From assembly GCA_024278985.1 (NCBI GenBank), contig JAJRSC010000029.1, forward strand, positions 1 to 38,719: 38,719 bases of DNA, in the 5' to 3' direction. Shown in pieces: positions 30,518 to 38,719 of the stretch (positions are counted from its first letter, which is position 1; every line of letters begins with the position of its first letter). Made by a program: the position numbers and the translations under genes. Source of the stretch: an archaeon. GTDB taxonomy: Archaea; AGJL01; Methanococci; Methanococcales; Methanocaldococcaceae. The notes beneath the pieces are model-generated. The model did not search any database. It was not told the origin of the DNA and saw nothing but the letters and a program-made list of their open reading frames with translations.

Positions 30518-31543
30518 ATGAAAGTATCTGTTTATGGGGCTGGAAATCAAGAGTTATATGTTAAAAAACTAAAATTACATAAAAAATTTGGAGGAGAACC
30601 TCCATTTGGTGGAGCAAGAATAGCAATGGAATTAGCAAGTGCAGGGCATGATGTAGTATTAGCTGAACCAAATAGAAATGTTATGGATGATGATTTATGG
30701 AAAAAAGTTGAAAATTCTGGAGTTAAAGTTGTTGATGATGATATTGAAGGGGCTAAACATGGAGAAATACATATATTATTTACCCCTTTTGGAAAATTAA
30801 CAATTAATATTGCCAATAATATTATCAAATATGTTCCAAAAGATTCTGTTATTTGTAATACATGTACTATATCCCCAAGGATTCTATATTATAATTTAGA
30901 AAAAATTTTAAGATTTGATAGAAAAGATGTGGGAATATCTTCATTTCATCCAGCAGGAGTTCCAGGAACTTTAAAACATAAACATTATGTTATTACACAT
31001 AAAACTTTAAATAATACTGAATTAGCCACAGAAGAACAGGTAAATAAGTTGGTAGAACTTGCTGAAAGTTGTAAAAAAAAGGCATATATAGTTCCTGCAG
31101 AACTTGTTTCTCCTATTGCAGATATGGGTGTTTTAGTTACTTCTATGGCTCTTGTAGGAATATTAAGTTACTATACTGTTGGAAGAAGAGTTATTAATGC
31201 TCCTAAGAGAATGATAGAGAGACAAATAATTGCAAGTTTGGAAACATTGTCAGCAATTATTGAAACTTCAGGAGTTGAGGGATTATTAAAGGTTATAGAT
31301 AGAGATTTAGTAATAAAAAGTGCTGAATCAATGTTTTTATTAAAAGAACAAAAAAATTTAAAATTAGCATTAAATATTTTGAATAACTTAAACATTGAAG
31401 AGGAACTATATAAAAATGCAAAAATAAATGAAACTACACCTGTTTCATCACAAAAATTAATAAAAGAACTTAAAAAAATGTTAGGAGAAAAAAGTGCTGA
31501 AGGAATTATTAAGAGAGCTTTTAGAAAATTATATGAATATTAG
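30518..31543 (+). CDS. H2-forming methylene-H4MPT dehydrogenase-related protein (HmdII/HmdIII type)
   Basis: MKVSVYGAGNQELY, FGGEPPFGG, CNTCT, SSFHPAGVPGT, IADMG. Confidence 0.88.
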   Translation: MKVSVYGAGNQELYVKKLKLHKKFGGEPPFGGARIAMELASAGHDVVLAEPNRNVMDDDLWKKVENSGVKVVDDDIEGAKHGEIHILFTPFGKLTINIANNIIKYVPKDSVICNTCTISPRILYYNLEKILRFDRKDVGISSFHPAGVPGTLKHKHYVITHKTLNNTELATEEQVNKLVELAESCKKKAYIVPAELVSPIADMGVLVTSMALVGILSYYTVGRRVINAPKRMIERQIIASLETLSAIIETSGVEGLLKVIDRDLVIKSAESMFLLKEQKNLKLALNILNNLNIEEELYKNAKINETTPVSSQKLIKELKKMLGEKSAEGIIKRAFRKLYEY

Positions 31544-31674
31544 AAAATTATTATGTAATAAATATTTATTTTATTTTTATACTTATAATAAATAGAGAGT
31601 ATTAATTTTAAATTTTTTACATTAAAACAACTTATTTTAAATAATTTCTACTGATCAAAAAAAGAGGGTAGAAT

Positions 31675-32715
31675 ATGGTGACATATAAAGATGCTGGAGT
31701 AGATATAGAAAAGGAAGATAAAATTATTAAATCACTAATTTCCCAAATAAAATTTAAAAGAAATGACTATAAACCAAGTTTTTTAGGTCATTATGCTGGA
31801 GCTGTTGAATTTGGAGATTACTATTTAGTTTTATCTACTGATGGGGTAGGTAGTAAAATGATTGTTGCTGAGATGGCTAATAAATTTGACACTGTTGCTA
31901 TTGATATGATTGCTATGAATGTTAATGATGCTATATGTATTGGAGCAGAACCTATTGCATTAGTTGATTATTTAGCTGTTGGATATATAACAGAAGAAAT
32001 AGCAAAACAGATAGGTTATGGTTTAAATAAAGGGGCTGAGGAAGCAAATATAAATATTCTTGGTGGGGAAACTGCCACATTGCCAGATATGATTAAAGGG
32101 ATAGACCTAGCTGGAACTGTTTTAGCAATAGTAAAAAAAGATGAAGTAATAACTGGAGAAAAAATAGAAGAAGGAGATGTTATAGTTGGTTTAAGAAGTT
32201 CAGGAATACATAGTAATGGGTTAAGTTTAGCAAGAAAAGTTTTTTTTGACATAGCAAAATTAAAGTTAGAGGATAAGTTATCATATGGTAAAACTGTTAA
32301 AGAAGAGCTTTTAACTCCAACGAGAATTTATGTTAAACCTGTTTTAGAGATGATTAAAAATGTTAATGTTAAAGGATTAGCTCATATAACAGGAGGAAGT
32401 TTTAGAAAATTAAGAAGATTAAAAAATATGGTTTATTATATTGATAATTTTCCAGAGCCATTACCAATATTTAAAGAAATTCAAAGATTAGGAAATGTTC
32501 CAGATGATGAAATGTTTAGAACCTTTAATATGGGAATAGGTTTTTGTGTTATTGTTGATGAAAAAGATGCCCCTAAAATAATGGATATTGCCAAAAAATA
32601 CAATATAGAGAGTTATATTATTGGAAAGGTTTATAATAAGTTAGATATTGATGGTAAGGAGTATAAAGATTGCTCTATAGTAAAATATAAAGATAAATTA
32701 ATAGTTTTAAAGTGA
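31675..32715 (+). CDS. purM: Phosphoribosylformylglycinamidine cyclo-ligase
   Basis: TYKDAGVDI, TDGVGSK, GGETA, SSGIHSNGLSL, AHITGG, RTFNMGIG. Confidence 0.97.
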   Translation: MVTYKDAGVDIEKEDKIIKSLISQIKFKRNDYKPSFLGHYAGAVEFGDYYLVLSTDGVGSKMIVAEMANKFDTVAIDMIAMNVNDAICIGAEPIALVDYLAVGYITEEIAKQIGYGLNKGAEEANINILGGETATLPDMIKGIDLAGTVLAIVKKDEVITGEKIEEGDVIVGLRSSGIHSNGLSLARKVFFDIAKLKLEDKLSYGKTVKEELLTPTRIYVKPVLEMIKNVNVKGLAHITGGSFRKLRRLKNMVYYIDNFPEPLPIFKEIQRLGNVPDDEMFRTFNMGIGFCVIVDEKDAPKIMDIAKKYNIESYIIGKVYNKLDIDGKEYKDCSIVKYKDKLIVLK

Positions 32716-32720
32716 TAGGA

Positions 32721-34088
32721 ATGTGTGGAATTTTTGGGATATATTCCTATGAAAAAGAAAATGTCACAAAAAAAATATATTATGGATTATTTGCTTTACA
32801 ACACAGGGGTCAAGAAGGTGCAGGAATTGCAGTAAGTGATGGGAAAGGTATAAACTTCTATAAAAACATTGGATTAGTCACAGAAGTTTTTAAAAAAGAT
32901 ATTTTACAAAATTTATTTGGGTATATTGGAATTGGTCATGTTAGATATTCAACAACAGGAATAAAATCTGTTGAAAATTGCCAGCCATTTGTTGTTAAAA
33001 GTTCTCTTGGACAGATAGCAATAGCCCATAATGGAGATATATTAAACTCTGAAGAGTTAAGGTTAGAGTTAGAAAAGAAGGGTCATATATTTACCTCAAC
33101 AACAGATTCAGAAATCATAGCCCAACTCTTAATTAGAGAGATTATAAAAACAAATGATAGGATTGAAGCTATTAAAAATGTATTAAATAAGTTAGTTGGA
33201 GCATATTCATTATTAATTTTGTTTGAAGATTGTTTAATAGCTGTTAGAGATGAACATGGATTTAAACCATTGTGTATTGGAGAGGATGGGGAAAATATTT
33301 ATATTTCTTCAGAAGACTGTGCTTTAACAACCTTAGATGTTTCCTTTTTAAGGGATGTTAAACCAGGGGAAATAGTAGTTATAAATAATGATGGAATGGA
33401 GAGTTATACTTTTAAAAAGAAAAATAAAGTATCTACCTGTATGTTTGAGTATATTTACTTTGCCCGTCCAGATTCTACAATAGATGGAATTAGTGTATAT
33501 AAAGTTAGGAAAGAAGTAGGGAGAAGATTAGCTAAAGAGCACCCTGTAGAAGCAGATATTATATCCCCAATTCCTGACTCAGGAAATGCCTTTGCTATTG
33601 GATACTCAGAGGAGTCAAAAATACCCTATTATGAAGCACTAATAAAGAATAAATATACAGGAAGAACTTTTATTTTACCATCTCAAAATGAGAGAGAATT
33701 AGCTGTTAGATTAAAACTATCTCCTGTTAGGAGTTTGTTAGAGAATAAAAGAGTAGTTTTAGTAGATGATAGTATAGTAAGAGGAACTACATCAAAAAGA
33801 ATAGTAAATATGGTTAAGAAAGTTGGAGCTAAAGAAGTTCATTTAAGAGTTGGATGTCCAAAAATAATATCTCCATGTTATTATGGTATTGATATGGCTA
33901 CTAAGGAGGAGCTAATTGCACATAAAAAATGTATTATGGAAATTGCTAAAATTATAGGAGTTGAATCCTTAGGATATATATCAATTGAAGGACTTTTAAA
34001 GGCAATAGGTAGGAAAGACTTATGTTTAGCCTGCCTAACAGGAGAGTATCCAACAGATATAAACTTTATAAAGGTTCAAAATAGATAA
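32721..34088 (+). CDS. purF: Amidophosphoribosyltransferase
   Basis: Ntn N-terminus MCGIFG (ATG 32721), LQHRGQEGAG, GHVRYST, VDDSIVRGTT, Fe-S cysteines CMFE/PCYYG/CLAC. Confidence 0.97.
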   Translation: MCGIFGIYSYEKENVTKKIYYGLFALQHRGQEGAGIAVSDGKGINFYKNIGLVTEVFKKDILQNLFGYIGIGHVRYSTTGIKSVENCQPFVVKSSLGQIAIAHNGDILNSEELRLELEKKGHIFTSTTDSEIIAQLLIREIIKTNDRIEAIKNVLNKLVGAYSLLILFEDCLIAVRDEHGFKPLCIGEDGENIYISSEDCALTTLDVSFLRDVKPGEIVVINNDGMESYTFKKKNKVSTCMFEYIYFARPDSTIDGISVYKVRKEVGRRLAKEHPVEADIISPIPDSGNAFAIGYSEESKIPYYEALIKNKYTGRTFILPSQNERELAVRLKLSPVRSLLENKRVVLVDDSIVRGTTSKRIVNMVKKVGAKEVHLRVGCPKIISPCYYGIDMATKEELIAHKKCIMEIAKIIGVESLGYISIEGLLKAIGRKDLCLACLTGEYPTDINFIKVQNR

Positions 34089-34096
34089 ATAATAAT

Positions 34097-35131
34097 TTGG
34101 TGACCTTTATAGACACTGTAAAAAAGATAGTTGTAACTTTGTTATTTGCATTTATTTTAATTATTTCATATGCTTATGCAATATCAATTATAGAACATGT
34201 AGACTTTTTTACAGCATTATATTTTAGTGTTATAACTATAACTACCACAGGTTATGGTGATTTTACACCAAAAACTTTTTTGGGAAGAACAATAACAATT
34301 CTCTATTTATTTATTGGTGTTGGAATAATAATGTATCTTTTTTCTTTAATTGCTGAGTTTATTGTGGAAGGGCAATTTAGTGAGTTGATTAGGATGAAAA
34401 AAATGGAAGATAGGTTAAAAAATTTAAAAGACCATTATATTATTTGTGGATATGGAAAGATGGGAAAAGTCATAGGTAAAAAATTTTTAGAGGAAGGGAT
34501 TAAATTTGTGGCAGTAGATATGAATGAATGTTTATTAAAAGAAGAATTTGAAAAATATCCTGATAAATTTTTATATGTTGTTGGAGATGCTAAAAAGGAA
34601 GATATTCTAAAGAAGGCTCAAATAGAAAAAGCAAAATGTTTATTAGCAACACTACCAACAGATTCAGACAATGTATTCTTAGTTTTAACTGCAAGAGAAT
34701 TAAATCCATCTATTATGATAATTGCTAAGGCAAATGAAAAGGAGACAATAAAAAAATTAAAAATTGCTGGGGCTAATAAAGTAGTATCTCCTTATTTATT
34801 AGGAGGCTTAAGAATGGCATTAATATCAACAAAAACCAGTATTTTAGACTTTTTAAGGTCTTTTTTAAATATTGCAAAAAATGAATATGGAGAGGATATA
34901 GTAGTTGAAAAATTTAAAATTAAAGAAAATTCAATAATGGCAAATAAAACCATTAAAAATTTAGATATTAGAAGGAGGTCAGGAGTAACAATTATAGGGG
35001 TTAAAAGAAATGATAAAATGTTTATTAACCCATACCCTGAGTTTGTATTAAAGCCAGGAGATATAATATATGTGTTAGGTACTAAAGATACTGTTGAGAT
35101 ATTTAGAAAATATTTTATTGATTTTGATTAA
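34097..35131 (+). CDS. Two-TM potassium channel with RCK (TrkA-N/TrkA-C) domains
   Basis: Selectivity filter TTTGYGD, RCK motif HYIICGYGKMG, TrkA-C IIGVKR...NP. TTG/GTG start uncertain. Confidence 0.92.
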   Translation: MVTFIDTVKKIVVTLLFAFILIISYAYAISIIEHVDFFTALYFSVITITTTGYGDFTPKTFLGRTITILYLFIGVGIIMYLFSLIAEFIVEGQFSELIRMKKMEDRLKNLKDHYIICGYGKMGKVIGKKFLEEGIKFVAVDMNECLLKEEFEKYPDKFLYVVGDAKKEDILKKAQIEKAKCLLATLPTDSDNVFLVLTARELNPSIMIIAKANEKETIKKLKIAGANKVVSPYLLGGLRMALISTKTSILDFLRSFLNIAKNEYGEDIVVEKFKIKENSIMANKTIKNLDIRRRSGVTIIGVKRNDKMFINPYPEFVLKPGDIIYVLGTKDTVEIFRKYFIDFD

Positions 35132-35191
35132 TATTTAGTATTTATGTTTGGTATTTTATTGTTATATAATATTTAATAATAAGGAGATACT

Positions 35192-35929
35192 ATGATTAGA
35201 GTAGTAGTTGATAACCATACTTATACCTCTCTTTATGCTGAACATGGTTTATCTATTTTAGTAGATAATGGGAAGAGAATACTATTTGATACTGGGAAGA
35301 GCAAAATTATTTTAAAAAACTTAAAATTATTAGATGAACTGGAAACTTTTGATTATGTTGTTTTATCTCATGGTCATTATGATCACTGTAACGGATTAAA
35401 ATATATTAAAGAACTTGCTGATAATATAATAGTACATAAAGATGCATTAATAAATAGGTACTATAAAAATAGATACATTGGTATAGATAAAGAAGTAAAA
35501 AATCTCTTAAAAGATGCTATTTTTATTGAAGATGAATATAAGATATCTAAGGATATTATTGTTTTTAAGAGTGATAGAAAACATTTTTATGAAATAGATG
35601 ATTTTAGAGATGAAAATAATAATCTTGACATTGTTAAAGATGAGATTTCTTTATATTACAAAGAATATTTATTTGTAGGATGTTCCCATTCTGGGATAGT
35701 TAATATTATTGAAACATGTAAAGATTTAAATAAAAATATTAAAGGAGTTATTGGAGGATTTCATTTAATTAATTCCACAGATAAGTATATAGATTATGTT
35801 TATAATTACTTATCTAAGCAAAGTTTTTGGTTTAGTCCTTTACATTGTACAGGATTTTATGCATTATCTAAATTATCTAATTTAAATAACTTTATTTATG
35901 GATATGCAGGGAAAAATTATGAAATGTGA
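35192..35929 (+). CDS. Metallo-beta-lactamase fold hydrolase
   Basis: AEHGLS, LFDTG, SHGHYDH (HxHxDH), GCSHSG, GGFHL, HCTG. Confidence 0.88.
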   Translation: MIRVVVDNHTYTSLYAEHGLSILVDNGKRILFDTGKSKIILKNLKLLDELETFDYVVLSHGHYDHCNGLKYIKELADNIIVHKDALINRYYKNRYIGIDKEVKNLLKDAIFIEDEYKISKDIIVFKSDRKHFYEIDDFRDENNNLDIVKDEISLYYKEYLFVGCSHSGIVNIIETCKDLNKNIKGVIGGFHLINSTDKYIDYVYNYLSKQSFWFSPLHCTGFYALSKLSNLNNFIYGYAGKNYEM

Positions 35930-36566
35930 ATTTTGTGGAAAAGAAGGAAAAGCATATCTTTTTGGAAAAGTTATATGTGACAGTAAGGAATGTTTAGAAA
36001 AAGCCAAAAAATCTGCAATGTCAAGACATAAAAACCTAATTGTTGCAGTTGGTTCAACAAATCCTGTTAAAATTGAAGGTACAAGAGAAGCATTTGAAAA
36101 AGTTTTAGGATTTTATGATGTTTTAGGTGTAGATGTAGATAGTAAAGTATCATCCCATCCTGTTGGATTAGAAGAAACATTTAAAGGAGCATTAAATAGA
36201 GCAAAAGAAGCATATAAAAAAATAAGTTGTATCTATTCAGTTGGTATTGAGGCAGGAATGATTAAAGTAGGAAATAAATATTTAGATGTCCATATTGCAG
36301 TAGTGTATGATGGAAAAGATATAACTATAGGGCTATCTCAAGGTTTTGAGTATCCAAAAATAGCAGTTAAAAGAATTTTATTAGGAGAAGAAGGAGGAAA
36401 AATAGCTGAAGAACTTTCAAATATTAAAGATATTGGAAAAAAATCAGGTTTTATAGGATATTTAACTGATGAAAATATAACAAGGAAAGATTTATGTAGA
36501 GAAAGTGTAATAATGGCATTAATTCCAAGAATGAGAAAAAACATGTCTTTATATTTTGAGGGGTAA
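35919..36566 (+). CDS. yjjX: Inosine/xanthosine triphosphatase (YjjX family) with N-terminal Cys4 extension
   Basis: VAVGSTNPVK, GALNRA, VGIEAG, GFIGYLT...TR. N-terminus MKCEFC...CDSKEC. Confidence 0.82.
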   Translation: MKCEFCGKEGKAYLFGKVICDSKECLEKAKKSAMSRHKNLIVAVGSTNPVKIEGTREAFEKVLGFYDVLGVDVDSKVSSHPVGLEETFKGALNRAKEAYKKISCIYSVGIEAGMIKVGNKYLDVHIAVVYDGKDITIGLSQGFEYPKIAVKRILLGEEGGKIAEELSNIKDIGKKSGFIGYLTDENITRKDLCRESVIMALIPRMRKNMSLYFEG

Positions 36567-36568
36567 AT

Positions 36569-36937
36569 ATGAAAAATATTATTTTTGTTGGTCTGGGTGG
36601 ATTTTTAGGGGCTGTATTAAGATTTTATCTTTCAAGTCTTTTCTTTAAATTTCCCTATAGGTCTTTAATAGTTAATTTAATTGGTAGTTTTATTTTAGGA
36701 TTTTCTATATATATTTCTGAATATTTTCCAATTCCTTCAGAATATAAATATTTTGTAATTGCTGGATTTTGTGGAGCATTAACAACATTTTCCACATTTT
36801 CATTTGAAACATTTGAATTTATAGAATATTCTCAATATCTTAATGCTATTTTAAATATTATTTTAAATGTTATAGGTTGTTTAATTATGATATATTTGGG
36901 TAGGGCATCAGCTTTATTTTTATCCAAGGTGATTTAA
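36569..36937 (+). CDS. crcB: Fluoride efflux channel Fluc/CrcB
   Basis: GGFLGAVLRF, VNLIGSF, GFCGALTTFSTFSFE; four hydrophobic segments. Confidence 0.92.
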   Translation: MKNIIFVGLGGFLGAVLRFYLSSLFFKFPYRSLIVNLIGSFILGFSIYISEYFPIPSEYKYFVIAGFCGALTTFSTFSFETFEFIEYSQYLNAILNIILNVIGCLIMIYLGRASALFLSKVI

Positions 36938-37942
36938 ATGGATGTTGGAATTGTAGGAGCTACAGGATATACTGGCTTAGAACTTTTAAGATTGTTGGCA
37001 AATCATCCAGAAGTGGAGGTTAAATATATTACTTCAAGAAGAGAAAAAGGAAAACATTTATTTAAAGTTCATCCATCTTTAAAAGGAGTTAGAAAATATG
37101 AAAATTTATATTTTAGTGAGGATGTTGGTGATGTTGATTTAGTTTTTACAGCTACCCCACATGGAACATCTATGAACATAGTTCCCAAATTTTTAGAGAG
37201 AGGAATTAAAGTTATAGACTTGAGTGGAGACTATAGATTTGAAGATTTAGAAATTTATGAGAAATATTATAAAATAAAGCATGTTGGATTACCAGATGTA
37301 AATATTACCTATGGTCTCCCAGAATTAAACAGAAAAAACATAAAAAAAGCAGATTTGGTAGCTAATCCTGGATGTTTCCCTACAGGGGCAATATTAGCCT
37401 TAGCTCCAGCAGTTAAAAAGAATTTAATAGACAAAAAAATAATTATAGATTCTAAAACAGGAGTAAGTGGAGCAGGAGCAAATCCAACAGAAACTACTCA
37501 TTTTCCAAATGTAAATGAAAATATAACCCCATATAAAATAACAACACACAGGCATCAGCCAGAGATAGAAAAAGAGCTTAAAAAGTTAGGAGATGTAAAA
37601 ATATATTTTACTCCTCATTTAGCTCCAATAACAAGGGGAATTTTAACAACATGCCACACATTTTTAGAAGAAAACATTTCTAAGGAAGAAATTGAAAAAA
37701 TATATATGGACTTTTATAAAAATGAGGTATTTATTAGATTTATAGATATTCCAAAATTAACCTATGTAAGAGGAACAAATTTCTGTGATATTGGTTTTGA
37801 AATTGGGGATGATAGATTAGTTATTATTTCAGCAATTGACAACTTAGTAAAAGGAGCAAGTGGCCAAGCAATTCAAAATATGAATATTATGTTTGGATAT
37901 GATGAAACATTAGGTTTAACAAATTATGGAGTTCATCCATAA
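36938..37942 (+). CDS. argC: N-acetyl-gamma-glutamyl-phosphate reductase
   Basis: [50 protein letters not shown]. Confidence 0.97.
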   Translation: MDVGIVGATGYTGLELLRLLANHPEVEVKYITSRREKGKHLFKVHPSLKGVRKYENLYFSEDVGDVDLVFTATPHGTSMNIVPKFLERGIKVIDLSGDYRFEDLEIYEKYYKIKHVGLPDVNITYGLPELNRKNIKKADLVANPGCFPTGAILALAPAVKKNLIDKKIIIDSKTGVSGAGANPTETTHFPNVNENITPYKITTHRHQPEIEKELKKLGDVKIYFTPHLAPITRGILTTCHTFLEENISKEEIEKIYMDFYKNEVFIRFIDIPKLTYVRGTNFCDIGFEIGDDRLVIISAIDNLVKGASGQAIQNMNIMFGYDETLGLTNYGVHP

Positions 37943-37981
37943 CTAAATTTTTGAAGATAAGACCAAAAATTACTCAATAAA

Positions 37982-37997
37982 CCGAAAAGTATAAATA
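37982..37997 (+). promoter_or_regulatory. BRE + TATA promoter of the histone gene
   Basis: CCGAAAAG-TATAAATA, about 47 nt upstream of the ATG. SD GAGGTGA precedes the ATG. Confidence 0.7.
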
Positions 37998-38044
37998 ATA
38001 TTTGGAAAAATAAAAAATAATTAGTAAATTTTAGAGGTGAAAGG

Positions 38045-38248
38045 ATGGCAGAGCTCCCAGTTGCTCCATTTGAAAGAATCCTTAAAAAGGCAGGTGCTGA
38101 GAGAGTTATCAGAGCAGCAGCAGAATATTTAGCAGAAGCAATTGAAGAGATAGCTTTAGAAATAGCAAAAGAAGCAGTTGAATTAGCAAAACATGCAAAA
38201 AGAAAAACAGTTAAAGTTGAAGATATTAAATTAGCCTTGAAAAAATAA
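38045..38248 (+). CDS. Archaeal histone (HMfA/HMfB family)
   Basis: [21 protein letters not shown]..., [17 protein letters not shown]. Confidence 0.97.
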   Translation: MAELPVAPFERILKKAGAERVIRAAAEYLAEAIEEIALEIAKEAVELAKHAKRKTVKVEDIKLALKK

Positions 38249-38268
38249 TTTCTTTTTTAATCTTTTTT
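38249..38268 (+). terminator. T-rich terminator after the histone gene
   Basis: TTTCTTTTTTAATCTTTTTT directly after TAA. Confidence 0.6.
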
Positions 38269-38318
38269 ATACTTTAGTTATATATTTAAAATTATTTCTT
38301 TTTTGAGGTGCTTATTTT

Positions 38319-38719
38319 ATGGGTATAGAGAAATTAATAGAGTTAGCTAAAGAAATTAGAGATGAAAATCTTAGAGAGAAGGTTATTAATTTTATAAAAA
38401 ATCCTAAAGCTACACATCCAGAAATTAAAGAAACTGGTGTTAGTTTAGAAGAATCACCTGCAAGTATAAACTGGCATCATAGATATAGAGGAGGACTAAT
38501 TGAGCATACTGTAGCAGTTACAAAGTTAGCAATGAAAATGGCTAATGTTTTTGAAGATGTTTATGGGGTAAAAATAAATAAGGACTATGTGATAGCTGGA
38601 GCTTTACTCCATGATATTATGAAACCATATAATTATGTAAAAACAGAGGAAGGTTTTGACCATTATGATTTATTCAACTTAGACCATCTAACTCTTGCAG
38701 TTGCTGAACTATATAAAAG
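38319..38719 (+). CDS. mptB: HD-domain phosphodiesterase, probably dihydroneopterin 2',3'-cyclic phosphate phosphodiesterase (3'-truncated by the window)
   Basis: Not in the ORF track. Manual translation gives MGIEKLIELAKEIRDENLREKV...SPASINWHHRYRGGLIEHT...AGALLHDIMKP, open to the window end. SD GAGGTG. Confidence 0.8.
   Translation, partial: MGIEKLIELAKEIRDENLREKVINFIKNPKATHPEIKETGVSLEESPASINWHHRYRGGLIEHTVAVTKLAMKMANVFEDVYGVKINKDYVIAGALLHDIMKPYNYVKTEEGFDHYDLFNLDHLTLAVAELYK

Noticed and set aside
30518-31543. Catalytic [Fe]-hydrogenase Hmd
   Set aside because: The N-terminus YGAGNQ...GGEPP matches the HmdII/III paralogs rather than the GAGCYRTH motif of Hmd.
35132-35191. Fluoride riboswitch upstream of the crcB-containing run
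   Set aside because: The gap is short and almost pure A/T, with no GGxGAUGG...CC/UGAUG-type consensus.

Overview
AT-rich, gene-dense core-genome segment of a hyperthermophilic methanogenic archaeon, very likely Methanocaldococcus (inferred from GGTGA Shine-Dalgarno motifs, BRE/TATA promoters, mch, hcgA, an HmdII-type paralog, a Methanococcales-type S-layer protein and an HMf-type histone). It holds about 38 CDSs for translation (tuf, rps10, ileS, RbgA-like GTPase, protein-only RNase P), replication (RPA), cofactor, purine and amino-acid metabolism, envelope and ion channels, plus a tRNA-Ser(UGA)/tRNA-Ala(GGC) pair. No mobile element, CRISPR array or rRNA was seen. Main oddities: (1) a chlI-like chelatase ATPase ends in an A10 run, beyond which only the -1 frame stays open into an acidic ChlD-type linker, the signature of a programmed -1 frameshift; (2) ileS is interrupted by one in-frame TAA at a probable Glu codon, and two more possible G>T changes sit at conserved sites in rps10 and the histone; (3) a perfect 10-bp hairpin capped by a box C/D-like K-loop lies between the convergent rps10 and GTPase genes; (4) tRNA-Ala(GGC) has U37 and is overlapped antisense by thiDN; (5) RPA carries near-identical nucleotide repeats between its OB folds. 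All family assignments come from motif recognition, not from database searches.
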